A DNA stretch of 64,000 nt from NCBI GenBank assembly GCA_036557165.1, contig DATBIA010000095.1, positions 85,909 to 149,908 of the forward strand, given 5' to 3'. Positions 1 through 8,102 of the stretch are shown piece by piece. Each line of letters opens with the position of its first letter. Positions within the stretch are counted from its first letter, which is position 1. The translations under genes and the position numbers were made by a program. Under the pieces are notes generated by a model, which was not told where the DNA came from, made no database searches, and was given only the letters and a program-made list of their open reading frames with translations. Origin of the DNA: Bryobacteraceae bacterium (GTDB lineage: Bacteria; Acidobacteriota; Terriglobia; Bryobacterales; Bryobacteraceae).

Positions 1-104
1 TGGAATACGACTTGTATTATTTGAAGCATATGTCCACGCTCTTCGATATTCGGATCATCTTTCACACCATCAAGACGGTAATTTCGGGAAAGGGGGCGCA
101 CTAA
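1..104 (+). CDS. 3' end of a bacterial sugar transferase (polyprenyl-phosphate glycosyl-1-phosphate transferase, EpsB/WbaP-like). The 5' part lies outside the window.
   Basis: Frame 3 reads EYDLYYLKHMSTLFDIRIIFHTIKTVISGKGAH, followed by TAA at 102-104. This matches the conserved C-terminal block of the Bac_transf family. Confidence 0.7.
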   Translation, partial: EYDLYYLKHMSTLFDIRIIFHTIKTVISGKGAH

Positions 105-182
105 GCTTCTCAAATACCGGCCCGCAGTCGGAGAGATCAAACGGGCCGGCACAAAATCGTTGCGCCCGAGGATTGGACATAT

Positions 183-2450
183 ATGCAGAGTGTGTCAGTG
201 AGGCGAGGCTTGGCGTGCGCCATTCTCGCCTTCGCCTGTGCGAGCGCGTGCTCGCAGCGCGCCGACGTGCGCAAGCTGCGCTTCATGGAAAACGGCCGGC
301 GGTTTTACGATAAGGGCGATTATTCCAGGGCGATCATCGAGTGGAAGAACGCGGTCGGGATCGCCAACGGAGACGCCGAGCCATATTACTGGCTTGGCAT
401 GGGCTATATCGGCGCGGGCAATATTCCCTTGGCGATCGATAGCTTCCGCAAAGCGGCGGAGATTAATCCCAAGCACGCCGCCGCTCAACTGCACATGGCG
501 GAGCTGCTCACGCTCAGCAACGACCCGGATTTGTTGCAGGACGCACTCAAGCGCCTTCAGATTGTGTTGAGCGCTGCCCCGTCGGCGAACGCTCTGAACG
601 CGATCGCGCTGACGGAATTTAAGCTGGGCAACGAGGAAAACACGCAGTCCTATCTCGAGGACGCCCTGGCGCGGTTTCCCCAATCGATGTCGTCCTATGT
701 GATTCTCGCGAAGTTGAAGATCCTGAAACGCGATCTGCCGGGAGCCGAGGACGTGCTTAAGAAAGCCATGACGGTTTCGCCCAATTCGGCGGACGCGCGT
801 CTTGCGCTGGCGGACTTCTACATCGCCGTCGGCCGAATGCCCGAGGCCGAGAAGCTCATGCGCGAGGCCCTCGCTCTGGATAAAAAAAGCGGCTTGCCGC
901 TGTTTAATCTGGCGCTGCTCGAATACCGGCTCGGGCGCAAGAGCGAGGCCGAGGAGCATTTCCGGCAGCTTTCCCAATATTCGGATCCGCAGTTTAAGCC
1001 GATGCACGCCATCTATTTATTCAAAGAGGGAGACAAACAAGGCGCCGTCGCCGAACTCGAAAAGCTGGCGCGCGACAACCCCAAGGAGATCGGGATCCGG
1101 AGCCGGCTGCTGGCCGCCTATTGGGCGGTGAACCGGCTCGATCTGGTGGAGCGGGTATTGAATGAGACAATCAAGAAGCAGCCCAAGGATCTTGAAGCCA
1201 TGCTCCAACGCGGCGAGCTTTACGTCGCCACCGAGCGCTTCCCGCAGGCGCAGGCCGATCTGGAGCAGGTGCTCGCGCTGCGCCCCGACGCCGCAGTGGT
1301 GCATTTCGTCCTGGCGAAACTCCAGCAGGCGCGCGGATCGGATGTGGGCTATCGCCAGGAATTGCAGGAAGCGATCCGGCTAAATCCCGGGCTTCTACAG
1401 GCGCGGCTCGATCTGGCGCGGCGGCTCACCGAATCCGGCGCCCCCGAATCCTCCATCAAGCTGCTGGACGAGGCTCCGGAGATCAATCGCATCAATCTTG
1501 CGCTAATCGCCGAGCGCAATTGGGCGCTGCTGGCGCAGAAAAACTACGGCGAGCTTCAGAAGAACCTGAAAATCGATCTGAGCCAGGCGCGTCTGCCGGA
1601 TCTGCTGACGCAGGATGGCTGGGTGAAGATCAAGCAGAAAGACTACGCCGCCGCTCGTGCCTCACTGGAGGAAGGCCTCAAGAAGGCGCCTTCCGACATA
1701 CGGCTGCTGACTGCCCTCGCCGCGGCGTACACGGCCGAGCACAAGACTTCCGAATTCAGCGCCAGAATCCGGCAGTACGCGCGGGATAACAAGTCGCCCG
1801 AGGTCGAGTACTTCGCCGGAGATTGGCTCCGGCAGGCCGGCGATCGCGCCGGCGCGCGGGCATTCCTCGCGGCAGCCAAGGCTGCCGATCCGAATTTTCA
1901 CGAGGCGGATCTGGGTCTGGCGGCCCTGGATGTGGCCGATGGCAAGCTGGATAGCGCGCGAACACTGCTCAACCAACTGGCTAACCTGCGCGATCGGGAT
2001 GTCTCGTTGCGAGCCAAAATCGCCGATCTGGATATTCAACAGCACCGCGTGCCCGACGCGATCGATCAGTACCGCAAAATCCTGGCCGTGGACCGGGGCA
2101 ACGTCTACGCTTTGAATAACTTGGCTTACCTGCTGGCGAGCCAGAATCAACCCGACGAAGGCTTGGCCTACGCGCAACAGGCCAAGGAACTGGCGCCCAC
2201 CCTTCCCCAGGTGGACGACACTCTGGGCTGGGTGCTCTATCAAAAGGCGGTGTATGGAGAAGCCGTGATGCACCTGGAGGCAGCCGCCGCCAAGAAGAGT
2301 TCCGATCCAGCCATCCAGTACCACCTCGGCTTGGCGTATTACAAAACCGGCAAGGACGAACGGGGGGCCCGATTGCTGAAGCAAGCACTGAAGCAAGCCC
2401 CAAACATGGAAGAAGCCAAACTGGCCCGACAGCAGATGGGGATTGAGTAG
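183..2450 (+). CDS. TPR-repeat (lipo)protein, PEP-CTERM-system PrsT-like
   Basis: 755-aa ORF. The N-terminal signal sequence has a Cys cluster (LAFACASACSQ). The rest is tandem TPR-like repeats, e.g. YYWLGMGYIGAGNIPLAIDSFRKAAEINP and ALNNLAYLLASQNQPDEGLAYAQQAKELAP. It lies between the priming transferase and the PEP-CTERM and chain-length genes. Confidence 0.65.
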   Translation: MQSVSVRRGLACAILAFACASACSQRADVRKLRFMENGRRFYDKGDYSRAIIEWKNAVGIANGDAEPYYWLGMGYIGAGNIPLAIDSFRKAAEINPKHAAAQLHMAELLTLSNDPDLLQDALKRLQIVLSAAPSANALNAIALTEFKLGNEENTQSYLEDALARFPQSMSSYVILAKLKILKRDLPGAEDVLKKAMTVSPNSADARLALADFYIAVGRMPEAEKLMREALALDKKSGLPLFNLALLEYRLGRKSEAEEHFRQLSQYSDPQFKPMHAIYLFKEGDKQGAVAELEKLARDNPKEIGIRSRLLAAYWAVNRLDLVERVLNETIKKQPKDLEAMLQRGELYVATERFPQAQADLEQVLALRPDAAVVHFVLAKLQQARGSDVGYRQELQEAIRLNPGLLQARLDLARRLTESGAPESSIKLLDEAPEINRINLALIAERNWALLAQKNYGELQKNLKIDLSQARLPDLLTQDGWVKIKQKDYAAARASLEEGLKKAPSDIRLLTALAAAYTAEHKTSEFSARIRQYARDNKSPEVEYFAGDWLRQAGDRAGARAFLAAAKAADPNFHEADLGLAALDVADGKLDSARTLLNQLANLRDRDVSLRAKIADLDIQQHRVPDAIDQYRKILAVDRGNVYALNNLAYLLASQNQPDEGLAYAQQAKELAPTLPQVDDTLGWVLYQKAVYGEAVMHLEAAAAKKSSDPAIQYHLGLAYYKTGKDERGARLLKQALKQAPNMEEAKLARQQMGIE

Positions 2451-2694
2451 CTTCGGCCTTGGGGCGCCGGGCAGGCGGAGCGCGCCTTGAATTTGCAAAT
2501 CCCGCAAGTCGGGCGAAAATCCTCCTTCCAGAAGGTTCTCTGGTTCATCCGCGATTCCCCTGCTGCCCTGGAAGCGCTTAGGTTTCGCCAGGTTTTTTCC
2601 CTGTGTGAGGAAAATAGGATCGTAAGCCGGATCTCGGGGATTCACCTGTTAAGGGTGTTCGTCTAAGCTATTGATCCTAAACGGCAATGTTATT

Positions 2695-2710
2695 TGGTCC
2701 CTAGAATGCA
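2695..2710 (+). promoter_or_regulatory. sigma-54-type -24/-12 promoter element upstream of the PEP-CTERM protein gene
   Basis: TGGTCCCTAGAATGCA has the GG and GC dinucleotides at the exact consensus spacing (TGGCAC-N5-TTGCA). It lies 64 nt upstream of the ATG at 2775. A GGAGG Shine-Dalgarno sequence is at 2758-2762. Confidence 0.4.
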
Positions 2711-2774
2711 GCCGAAGGAAGCCAAGCAGTAACATCAAATAACAACCAAGAACAAACCGGAGGAATGTTTTTTC

Positions 2775-3485
2775 ATGAGGAATAAGTTTCTAGCTCTGGC
2801 TGGACTGGCGGCTGTTTCCGTCGTTCTGTCCCCGTCGGCTCACGCCACTCTGTTGTGTTTGCCTGTCCTGAATCCCTTGGGCCTTTCGTTTCCGCAGGTG
2901 GACGACACGTGCGCTGCGGATCATAACGGCACGAACCCGATCGGCACTCTTTTGTCCGACACGGGTGTCCAACCGTTTAATTTCACTGCCGGGAGCGGCG
3001 CGACGGCCATAAACACAAAGGGCAGCCTTCAGGAAGTCGTTTACCGGGAAGCGGGCGGGACTCTGGACTTCTATATTCAGGTGCAAGTAACCGGGGGCGT
3101 TGGGGGCTTCGGTGACGTCACGAGCACCGGCAACTTCACGGGGTTTACGACGCTGGTGGGAACGGTCAGCCCGATCCAGCTTTTGGGGCCCGGCAGCGTT
3201 CAACCGCTGATCGATACTCGCAGCGGGCCGGGAGACACAATACGTTGGACCTACCTGACAGGCATCAGTCCAGGACTCAATTCGTTCACTATGGCGATCA
3301 GCACCAACGCCACTCAGGACGCTCCCGGGAGCATAGGCTTGATCGGAGCGAACGGCGGCACTCAGACTTTGGCTGGATTTGAGCCGATCTCGGCGGTTCC
3401 GGAACCGGTATCGATCATCCTGCTGGGCACGGCTTTGGCCCTGTCGGCAGTATTCATCAGACGGCGGCAGGCATCAAGGTCTTAA
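2775..3485 (+). CDS. PEP-CTERM sorting-domain protein (putative exosortase substrate)
   Basis: Signal peptide MRNKFLALAGLAAVSVVLSPSAHA. The C-terminus is VPEPVSIILLGTALALSAVFIRRRQASRS, i.e. a (V)PEP motif, a hydrophobic helix and an Arg cluster, which is the canonical PEP-CTERM architecture. Confidence 0.9.
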   Translation: MRNKFLALAGLAAVSVVLSPSAHATLLCLPVLNPLGLSFPQVDDTCAADHNGTNPIGTLLSDTGVQPFNFTAGSGATAINTKGSLQEVVYREAGGTLDFYIQVQVTGGVGGFGDVTSTGNFTGFTTLVGTVSPIQLLGPGSVQPLIDTRSGPGDTIRWTYLTGISPGLNSFTMAISTNATQDAPGSIGLIGANGGTQTLAGFEPISAVPEPVSIILLGTALALSAVFIRRRQASRS

Positions 3486-3552
3486 TTCTTCTATCAGTTA
3501 GTCCTCCGAGTGGGGCGTCGGGCCTTAACCTTCGGCCTCCCTTCTTCTTCAT

Positions 3553-3578
3553 GGGCGCCCGGTGAAATCCGGGTGCCC
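3553..3578 (+). terminator. GC-rich hairpin downstream of the PEP-CTERM gene (possible intrinsic terminator)
   Basis: GGGCGCCCGG-TGAAAT-CCGGGTGCCC forms a 10-bp stem with one G-U pair. It is followed by a pyrimidine-rich tail, TTCTCATCTG, that is not strongly U-rich. Confidence 0.45.
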
Positions 3579-3701
3579 TTCTCATCTGTAAGCGAGTGAC
3601 GATGCGAATCGTTTGAACTTTATCCCACAGAGCACCACCCTCAGCCATCTTCCCAACCCCACTCGGTCGCTAGCCTCAAGTAATTCAATCGCAAGCCGAT
3701 T

Positions 3702-3717
3702 TGGCTCATAGGATGCA
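3702..3717 (+). promoter_or_regulatory. sigma-54-type -24/-12 promoter element upstream of the chain-length-determinant operon
   Basis: TGGCTCATAGGATGCA has GG and GC at consensus spacing. It lies 40 nt upstream of the ATG at 3758. Confidence 0.45.
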
Positions 3718-3757
3718 GAAGCACTCAGGCAACAAGATGTTGACGAGAAATTGACAT

Positions 3758-5515
3758 ATGGCCTCTCCAGCTCCTCCCATCAAGCCGACGTTGGCTTTGG
3801 CCCAATTTGCTCCGCTGACTCTCTTACGGATGTTGTGGCTGCACCGGCTCGCCATCCTGGTAGTTTGGCTGACGGCGTCCGGGATCACGGCGGTGGTTGT
3901 CTCCATGCTTCCGGCGGAATATCAGGCCGAGATTTCGATCCTGGTCGAGCCGCAGAAAATCCCCGGCAGCGTCGTGCAGTCGATGGTGACCACCCCTCTT
4001 CAAGACCGGCTACAGACCATTAGCCAGCAGATTATGAGCACGGCGCAACTGCAGAAGGTGGTTGACGATTTCGGCCTTTATAAGGCCGAGAAAAAGGACC
4101 TGATCCCCGAAGAGATCACGCAGATGATGCGCAAAAACATCGCGGTGAGGATGGATAAGGGCTGGTCGAATAACGCGCCGGGAGCGTTTCGCGTGCAGTA
4201 CAAGGGAGCGGACCCGGCGGTGGCGGCGCAGGTGGCCAACCGGCTGGGGAACATGTTCATCGAAGCGAATTTGCAGTCGCGCGAGACCACTGTGGAAGGA
4301 ACCTCGGAGTTTCTGGAGACGCAGCTTCAGGACGCCAAAAAGCGCCTGGACGATTCCGAAGCCCAGATCAGTGCCTATAGAAGCCGGCACAATGGCGAGT
4401 TGCCGGAGCAAGTCAACACGATCAACGGCACTTTGTCGCGCCTGGAAATTCAGCAGAACGCCGATAGATCCCAGATCGCCCGCGACGAAGATCAGAAGCA
4501 GACGTTGGCGGACACGATTCCTCTGGCCGAAGCGAGTCTGAATAGCCTGGTGGACCAGGACGCGGAAGCCGAGTTGGCGGCGGCGCAAGCCGCTTCGGCC
4601 GCTCAAAATCGTGGCCCGGCGGCCGCCAAGGCCGCCGCTCCGCCGCCCAGAGTGCTGAAGGATTCGGAAAAGCTTGAAATCCAACTGGCGGCCGATGCGG
4701 AAACGCTCGGGCCGGCGCATCCGGAAATCAAGCGCTTGAAAATCGAGATCGCCAAGGCCAAAGCCGCCGAGGCGAAGCTGGGCGAGACGTTGGCGCAAGC
4801 CGCGCCGCCGGCTCCGAGCGGCAGTTCCGGCGCGCAGCAGGACGCTTCGGCCGTTCCGCCCTCGCCCACGGCGTCGGCTCCAGCCGGCCCGAAAGTGCGG
4901 CGGGAGCGTCCGGAAATCGGGCAGGCAAGGGACCGAATTCGGCAACTCAAACTGCAAACCGACAAATACGACAAAGAGATTGCGGCGTTGAATGACGACC
5001 TGAAGCGGATCGCGCAGGGCATTGCCGAAACGACGGCTAGATTGAACGAAGTTCCGGTCCGGGAGCAGGAAATCGCGCAGATTACGCGCGATCACGCGGC
5101 TCTTCAACAGGAGTATGGGGCTTTGGTGACGAAATCGAACGCGGCCAAGATTTCGACCGATATGGAGCTGCGGCAGAAATCGGAACGATTCACCATCAAC
5201 GATCCGGCGCACGTGCCCAGCAAGCCGATCAGCCCGAACCGCCCGATCCTCGATCTACTGGGGTCGCTGGGAGGATTGATTTTGGGATTGGTGGGATCCT
5301 TCGCGCAGGAGTTCCGCAAAAACCGCATGCTGGGGGCGTGGGAGCTTCCCGAAGAAGTGATGGTGCTGGCGGAGGTTCCAAGGATTTCGCCGGCCCACGC
5401 TGCGGCGGGCGGATTCTGGAGCGGATGGGGCTGGCCGAGGCGGATCGCGGTGTGCTCGGGAGTGCTGGCGCCGATTCTTGCCCTGCTCTACGCCGCCAAA
5501 GTATATCTGCGCTAA
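3758..5515 (+). CDS. polysaccharide chain-length determinant (Wzz/GumC family, PEP-CTERM-locus type)
   Basis: N-terminal TM helix (LAILVVWLTASGITAVVVSML), a long coiled-coil and low-complexity periplasmic region, and a C-terminal TM helix (LLGSLGGLILGLVGSFA). It sits directly upstream of the ATPase and tyrosine-kinase genes. Confidence 0.8.
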   Translation: MASPAPPIKPTLALAQFAPLTLLRMLWLHRLAILVVWLTASGITAVVVSMLPAEYQAEISILVEPQKIPGSVVQSMVTTPLQDRLQTISQQIMSTAQLQKVVDDFGLYKAEKKDLIPEEITQMMRKNIAVRMDKGWSNNAPGAFRVQYKGADPAVAAQVANRLGNMFIEANLQSRETTVEGTSEFLETQLQDAKKRLDDSEAQISAYRSRHNGELPEQVNTINGTLSRLEIQQNADRSQIARDEDQKQTLADTIPLAEASLNSLVDQDAEAELAAAQAASAAQNRGPAAAKAAAPPPRVLKDSEKLEIQLAADAETLGPAHPEIKRLKIEIAKAKAAEAKLGETLAQAAPPAPSGSSGAQQDASAVPPSPTASAPAGPKVRRERPEIGQARDRIRQLKLQTDKYDKEIAALNDDLKRIAQGIAETTARLNEVPVREQEIAQITRDHAALQQEYGALVTKSNAAKISTDMELRQKSERFTINDPAHVPSKPISPNRPILDLLGSLGGLILGLVGSFAQEFRKNRMLGAWELPEEVMVLAEVPRISPAHAAAGGFWSGWGWPRRIAVCSGVLAPILALLYAAKVYLR

Positions 5516-5521
5516 AACCCG

Positions 5522-6574
5522 ATGTACGAGAAATATTTCGGTCTCACCGCCAATCCATTCAGCATGACGCCCGATCCGGCCATGCTTTTCATGACGCCTA
5601 CCCACCGGGAGGCGCTGGCCGGGCTGGCTTACGCGATTCTTGAGCGCAAGGGATTCGCTGCCTTAACCGGCGAGGCGGGAACGGGCAAGACCAGTTTGCT
5701 GGCGCGGACTTTAACCGTGCTTCCCAAAACGCGCGTGGTTTCAAGCGTCATCCTGAACCCGAGCCTGAACGAAAACGAGTTCATCGAGATGATGCTGCTC
5801 GATTTCGGCTTCCGGCATCTGCCGCAAAGCAAAGCCCGGCGTCTGCTGCTATTTCAGGAATTTCTGCTGAAGACGCAATCGGCCAATCAGATCGCGGTGC
5901 TGGTAGTGGACGAGGCGCACAAGCTGACGCCCTCGGTGCTCGAGGAAGTCCGGCTGCTCAGCAATCTGGAATTTCCGGGAACGAAACTTCTGCAAATCGT
6001 ATTGGCGGGCCAGCCCGAACTCATTGACGTCCTGGGCCGTCCGGATCTGAGGCAACTGAATCAACGCGTCTCGGTCCGGCTTTCTATCGGTTTGCTGAAG
6101 CCTTCCGAGATCCGGCATTACATCGCACTGCGGTGGTCCAAGGCGGCTTCGACGCAGCCGCCCTTTTCCGATCCTTCGTACGGGGAGATTGGGAAGTGGT
6201 CGCGCGGCATCCCGCGGCTGGTAAATTCGATTTGCGACAACGCGCTGATGCTGACGTTCGCCGAGACGGCGCCGGCCGTGGAGCCGCATCATGTGACGGA
6301 AGCGTGCCGGGACTTGTCGCTGGCCGAGCCGGGAGTCAAGCTGTACGCCGTCCCGGCTCCGGCCGGCGCTGGGGCCGGGCCGGCTCACTCGCTCAATGGC
6401 GCAAGCCCAGCGACGGCTCCGCAGGAAGCAAGCGCGGTCGCCGCCGGCTCGATTCCGCGGGCGATCCCGCTGGCCGGCCCGACGGCGCCTCTGCGGACCT
6501 TAGGCGGCTATCCTCCCGCGCCCAAGCCTCCGGGGTGGTGGCGGTGGATGACGCGGCGCAGGGCCGCGCAGTAG
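5522..6574 (+). CDS. ExeA/GspA-like AAA ATPase (PEP-CTERM-locus putative secretion ATPase type)
   Basis: N-terminus MYEKYFGLTANPFSMTPDPAMLFMTPTHREAL, Walker A GEAGTGKTS, Walker B VLVVDEAH. The C-terminal tail is Ala/Pro-rich. Confidence 0.8.
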   Translation: MYEKYFGLTANPFSMTPDPAMLFMTPTHREALAGLAYAILERKGFAALTGEAGTGKTSLLARTLTVLPKTRVVSSVILNPSLNENEFIEMMLLDFGFRHLPQSKARRLLLFQEFLLKTQSANQIAVLVVDEAHKLTPSVLEEVRLLSNLEFPGTKLLQIVLAGQPELIDVLGRPDLRQLNQRVSVRLSIGLLKPSEIRHYIALRWSKAASTQPPFSDPSYGEIGKWSRGIPRLVNSICDNALMLTFAETAPAVEPHHVTEACRDLSLAEPGVKLYAVPAPAGAGAGPAHSLNGASPATAPQEASAVAAGSIPRAIPLAGPTAPLRTLGGYPPAPKPPGWWRWMTRRRAAQ

Positions 6575-6580
6575 GAGAAC

Positions 6581-7558
6581 ATGAGCAAGATTTTTCAAGC
6601 GCTGCACGGGACGCAAAATGAGGTTTCCGACCTCCTGCCCGAGTTGATCGGGGAAGGAATAGAGGGAAACGAGCCAGCGCCTCATCTTCCCGCGCCGGGT
6701 GAGGAAGTGGACGCGACCCTTCAACCCATAGTGGCCCCCGTCGCGGCCGTTCCAGCCGCAGCCATGTACGCTCCTCCAAAAGAGAGCGCGCCGGCCGCTC
6801 CGCCCGCGGTCGCGGCCGCCCCGGGGGGCGCCCGCAGGACTCCGCTGGCGCTACAGTCCTCAAGTCCATTGCTTCCCTTCGAAAATCCGCATGCGCATGC
6901 GGCCGAGCAGTACCGGATTCTTCGCACCAAGCTGGCTCATCATCCCAAGCGGCCGAAAATGATCGTGGTTTCAAGCGCGAACCCCGGAGACGGAAAGACG
7001 TTCACCGCGATTAATTTATCGGGCGTGCTGTCGCTTAAGGGCGACGCGAAAGTGCTGCTGATGGACGCCGATTTCCGCCGGTCGGCCATTCACGCGCAGC
7101 TTGGATTGCCGGAAGGGCCGGGTCTTTCCGAGGTGGTTTTGGGCGCTTGCCAGTTTGACGACGCGGTGATCCAGGCCGAGCAGTTTCCCAATCTACACAT
7201 CCTAGTGAACGGGAAACTGGCGAACATGAACCCCAGCGAGTTGTTGGATTCGCCTTATTGGCGGGCGCTTTGCCAGATGACGCGCAAGCGCTATCAGTAC
7301 GTGATTGTGGATTCTCCTCCCGTGGCGGCCGTGGCCGACTATGAACTGATTCAGATGGCCGCCGATGGGATGGTGCTGGTGGTGCGCCCCGAGCACACCA
7401 ATCGAAGCGCCTGTTTCAAGGCGATTGAGACGATTCCCCGGGACAAGTTCCTGGGGGTGATTTTGAACTGTGCTCAGCCCTGGTTTCTTCATAAGGCCTA
7501 CGGTTACGAGTACAACTACGGATACGGCTACGCTTCCGACGCGGCGGCTAAAAGATAA
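6581..7558 (+). CDS. BY-kinase-like protein (CpsD/EpsG-type exopolysaccharide tyrosine autokinase)
   Basis: Walker A SANPGDGKTFT, Walker A' VLLMDADFRR, Walker B YVIVDSPP. A C-terminal tyrosine cluster reads AYGYEYNYGYGYAS. Confidence 0.85.
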   Translation: MSKIFQALHGTQNEVSDLLPELIGEGIEGNEPAPHLPAPGEEVDATLQPIVAPVAAVPAAAMYAPPKESAPAAPPAVAAAPGGARRTPLALQSSSPLLPFENPHAHAAEQYRILRTKLAHHPKRPKMIVVSSANPGDGKTFTAINLSGVLSLKGDAKVLLMDADFRRSAIHAQLGLPEGPGLSEVVLGACQFDDAVIQAEQFPNLHILVNGKLANMNPSELLDSPYWRALCQMTRKRYQYVIVDSPPVAAVADYELIQMAADGMVLVVRPEHTNRSACFKAIETIPRDKFLGVILNCAQPWFLHKAYGYEYNYGYGYASDAAAKR

Positions 7559-7593
7559 CGCGGCGGCTGGGGCGGCGGACGATATAACTTTAT

Positions 7594-7622
7594 TGTTTTT
7601 AGTCACTTGCATCCTTATGGTG
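7594..7622 (+). promoter_or_regulatory. weak sigma-70-like -35/-10 pair upstream of the XRE gene
   Basis: TTGTTT at 7594-7599, a 17-nt spacer, then TATGGT at 7617-7622. Each hexamer matches only 4 of 6 consensus positions. Confidence 0.25.
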
Positions 7623-7750
7623 TGAGTGAAAGGGCGGAGCTATACCGTTACGGATCTGCGCACAGTGGCCTTTGGCGGCTCCGGGAATTCCGCTGAGGAA
7701 CTCGCCCACCGGAGAAAGAGGCAGCCTGTGCGCTGGGTGAAGGCGCAACC

Positions 7751-8062
7751 ATGTACCCCAATCTCAAACTGCAACTGTGGATGAGCGGCATCCGCCAGAA
7801 CCGGCTGGCTAAGATGCTCGAGATCGACGAGACGACCCTGAGCAAGATCGTGAACGGGTTCCGGCAGCCCACGCCGGAAGTGCGCGGACGCATCGCTTCG
7901 GCGCTCAAGACGGACGAGAAGTGGCTCTTCCAAACGATCGCCGAGAAGCTGGACCGGGACGACCCGAGCCAAAAGCTGGACGAGAGTCCGGACCGGACGC
8001 CGCGCGGACAGAAGACCGAAAACAGGCTGCAGCCGGCCAGGCACGGGGCCAACCCGGCGTGA
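7751..8062 (+). CDS. XRE-family helix-turn-helix transcriptional regulator (small)
   Basis: LWMSGIRQNRLAKMLEIDETTLSKIVNGFRQPTPEVRGRIASAL is a typical HTH_3 core. The C-terminal ~40 aa are charged and look disordered. Confidence 0.7.
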   Translation: MYPNLKLQLWMSGIRQNRLAKMLEIDETTLSKIVNGFRQPTPEVRGRIASALKTDEKWLFQTIAEKLDRDDPSQKLDESPDRTPRGQKTENRLQPARHGANPA

Positions 8063-8102
8063 AGCCGGGCGCTCGAACGCGGCCCTAAGACAATCGAAAT
8101 CG

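Noticed and set aside
147-164. Possible sigma-54 element CGGCACAAAATCGTTGCG upstream of the TPR gene.
   Set aside because: The GG-to-GC spacing is 2 nt longer than the invariant -24/-12 spacing, so it does not fit the consensus geometry.
1662-2645. 327-aa minus-strand ORF. Similar long antisense ORFs are at 195-1007, 4010-5212, 8661-9923, 13812-14525, 15416-16162, 17680-18528, 23293-24018, 33900-34940, 36938-37939, 39095-39892, 41127-42026, 46003-46908, 53519-54229, 55004-55801 and 62186-62917.
   Set aside because: Each lies entirely antisense to, or out of frame within, a well-supported gene. Their translations are Arg/Pro/Gly-rich low-complexity sequence typical of spurious ORFs in GC-rich DNA, and none shows a recognisable motif.
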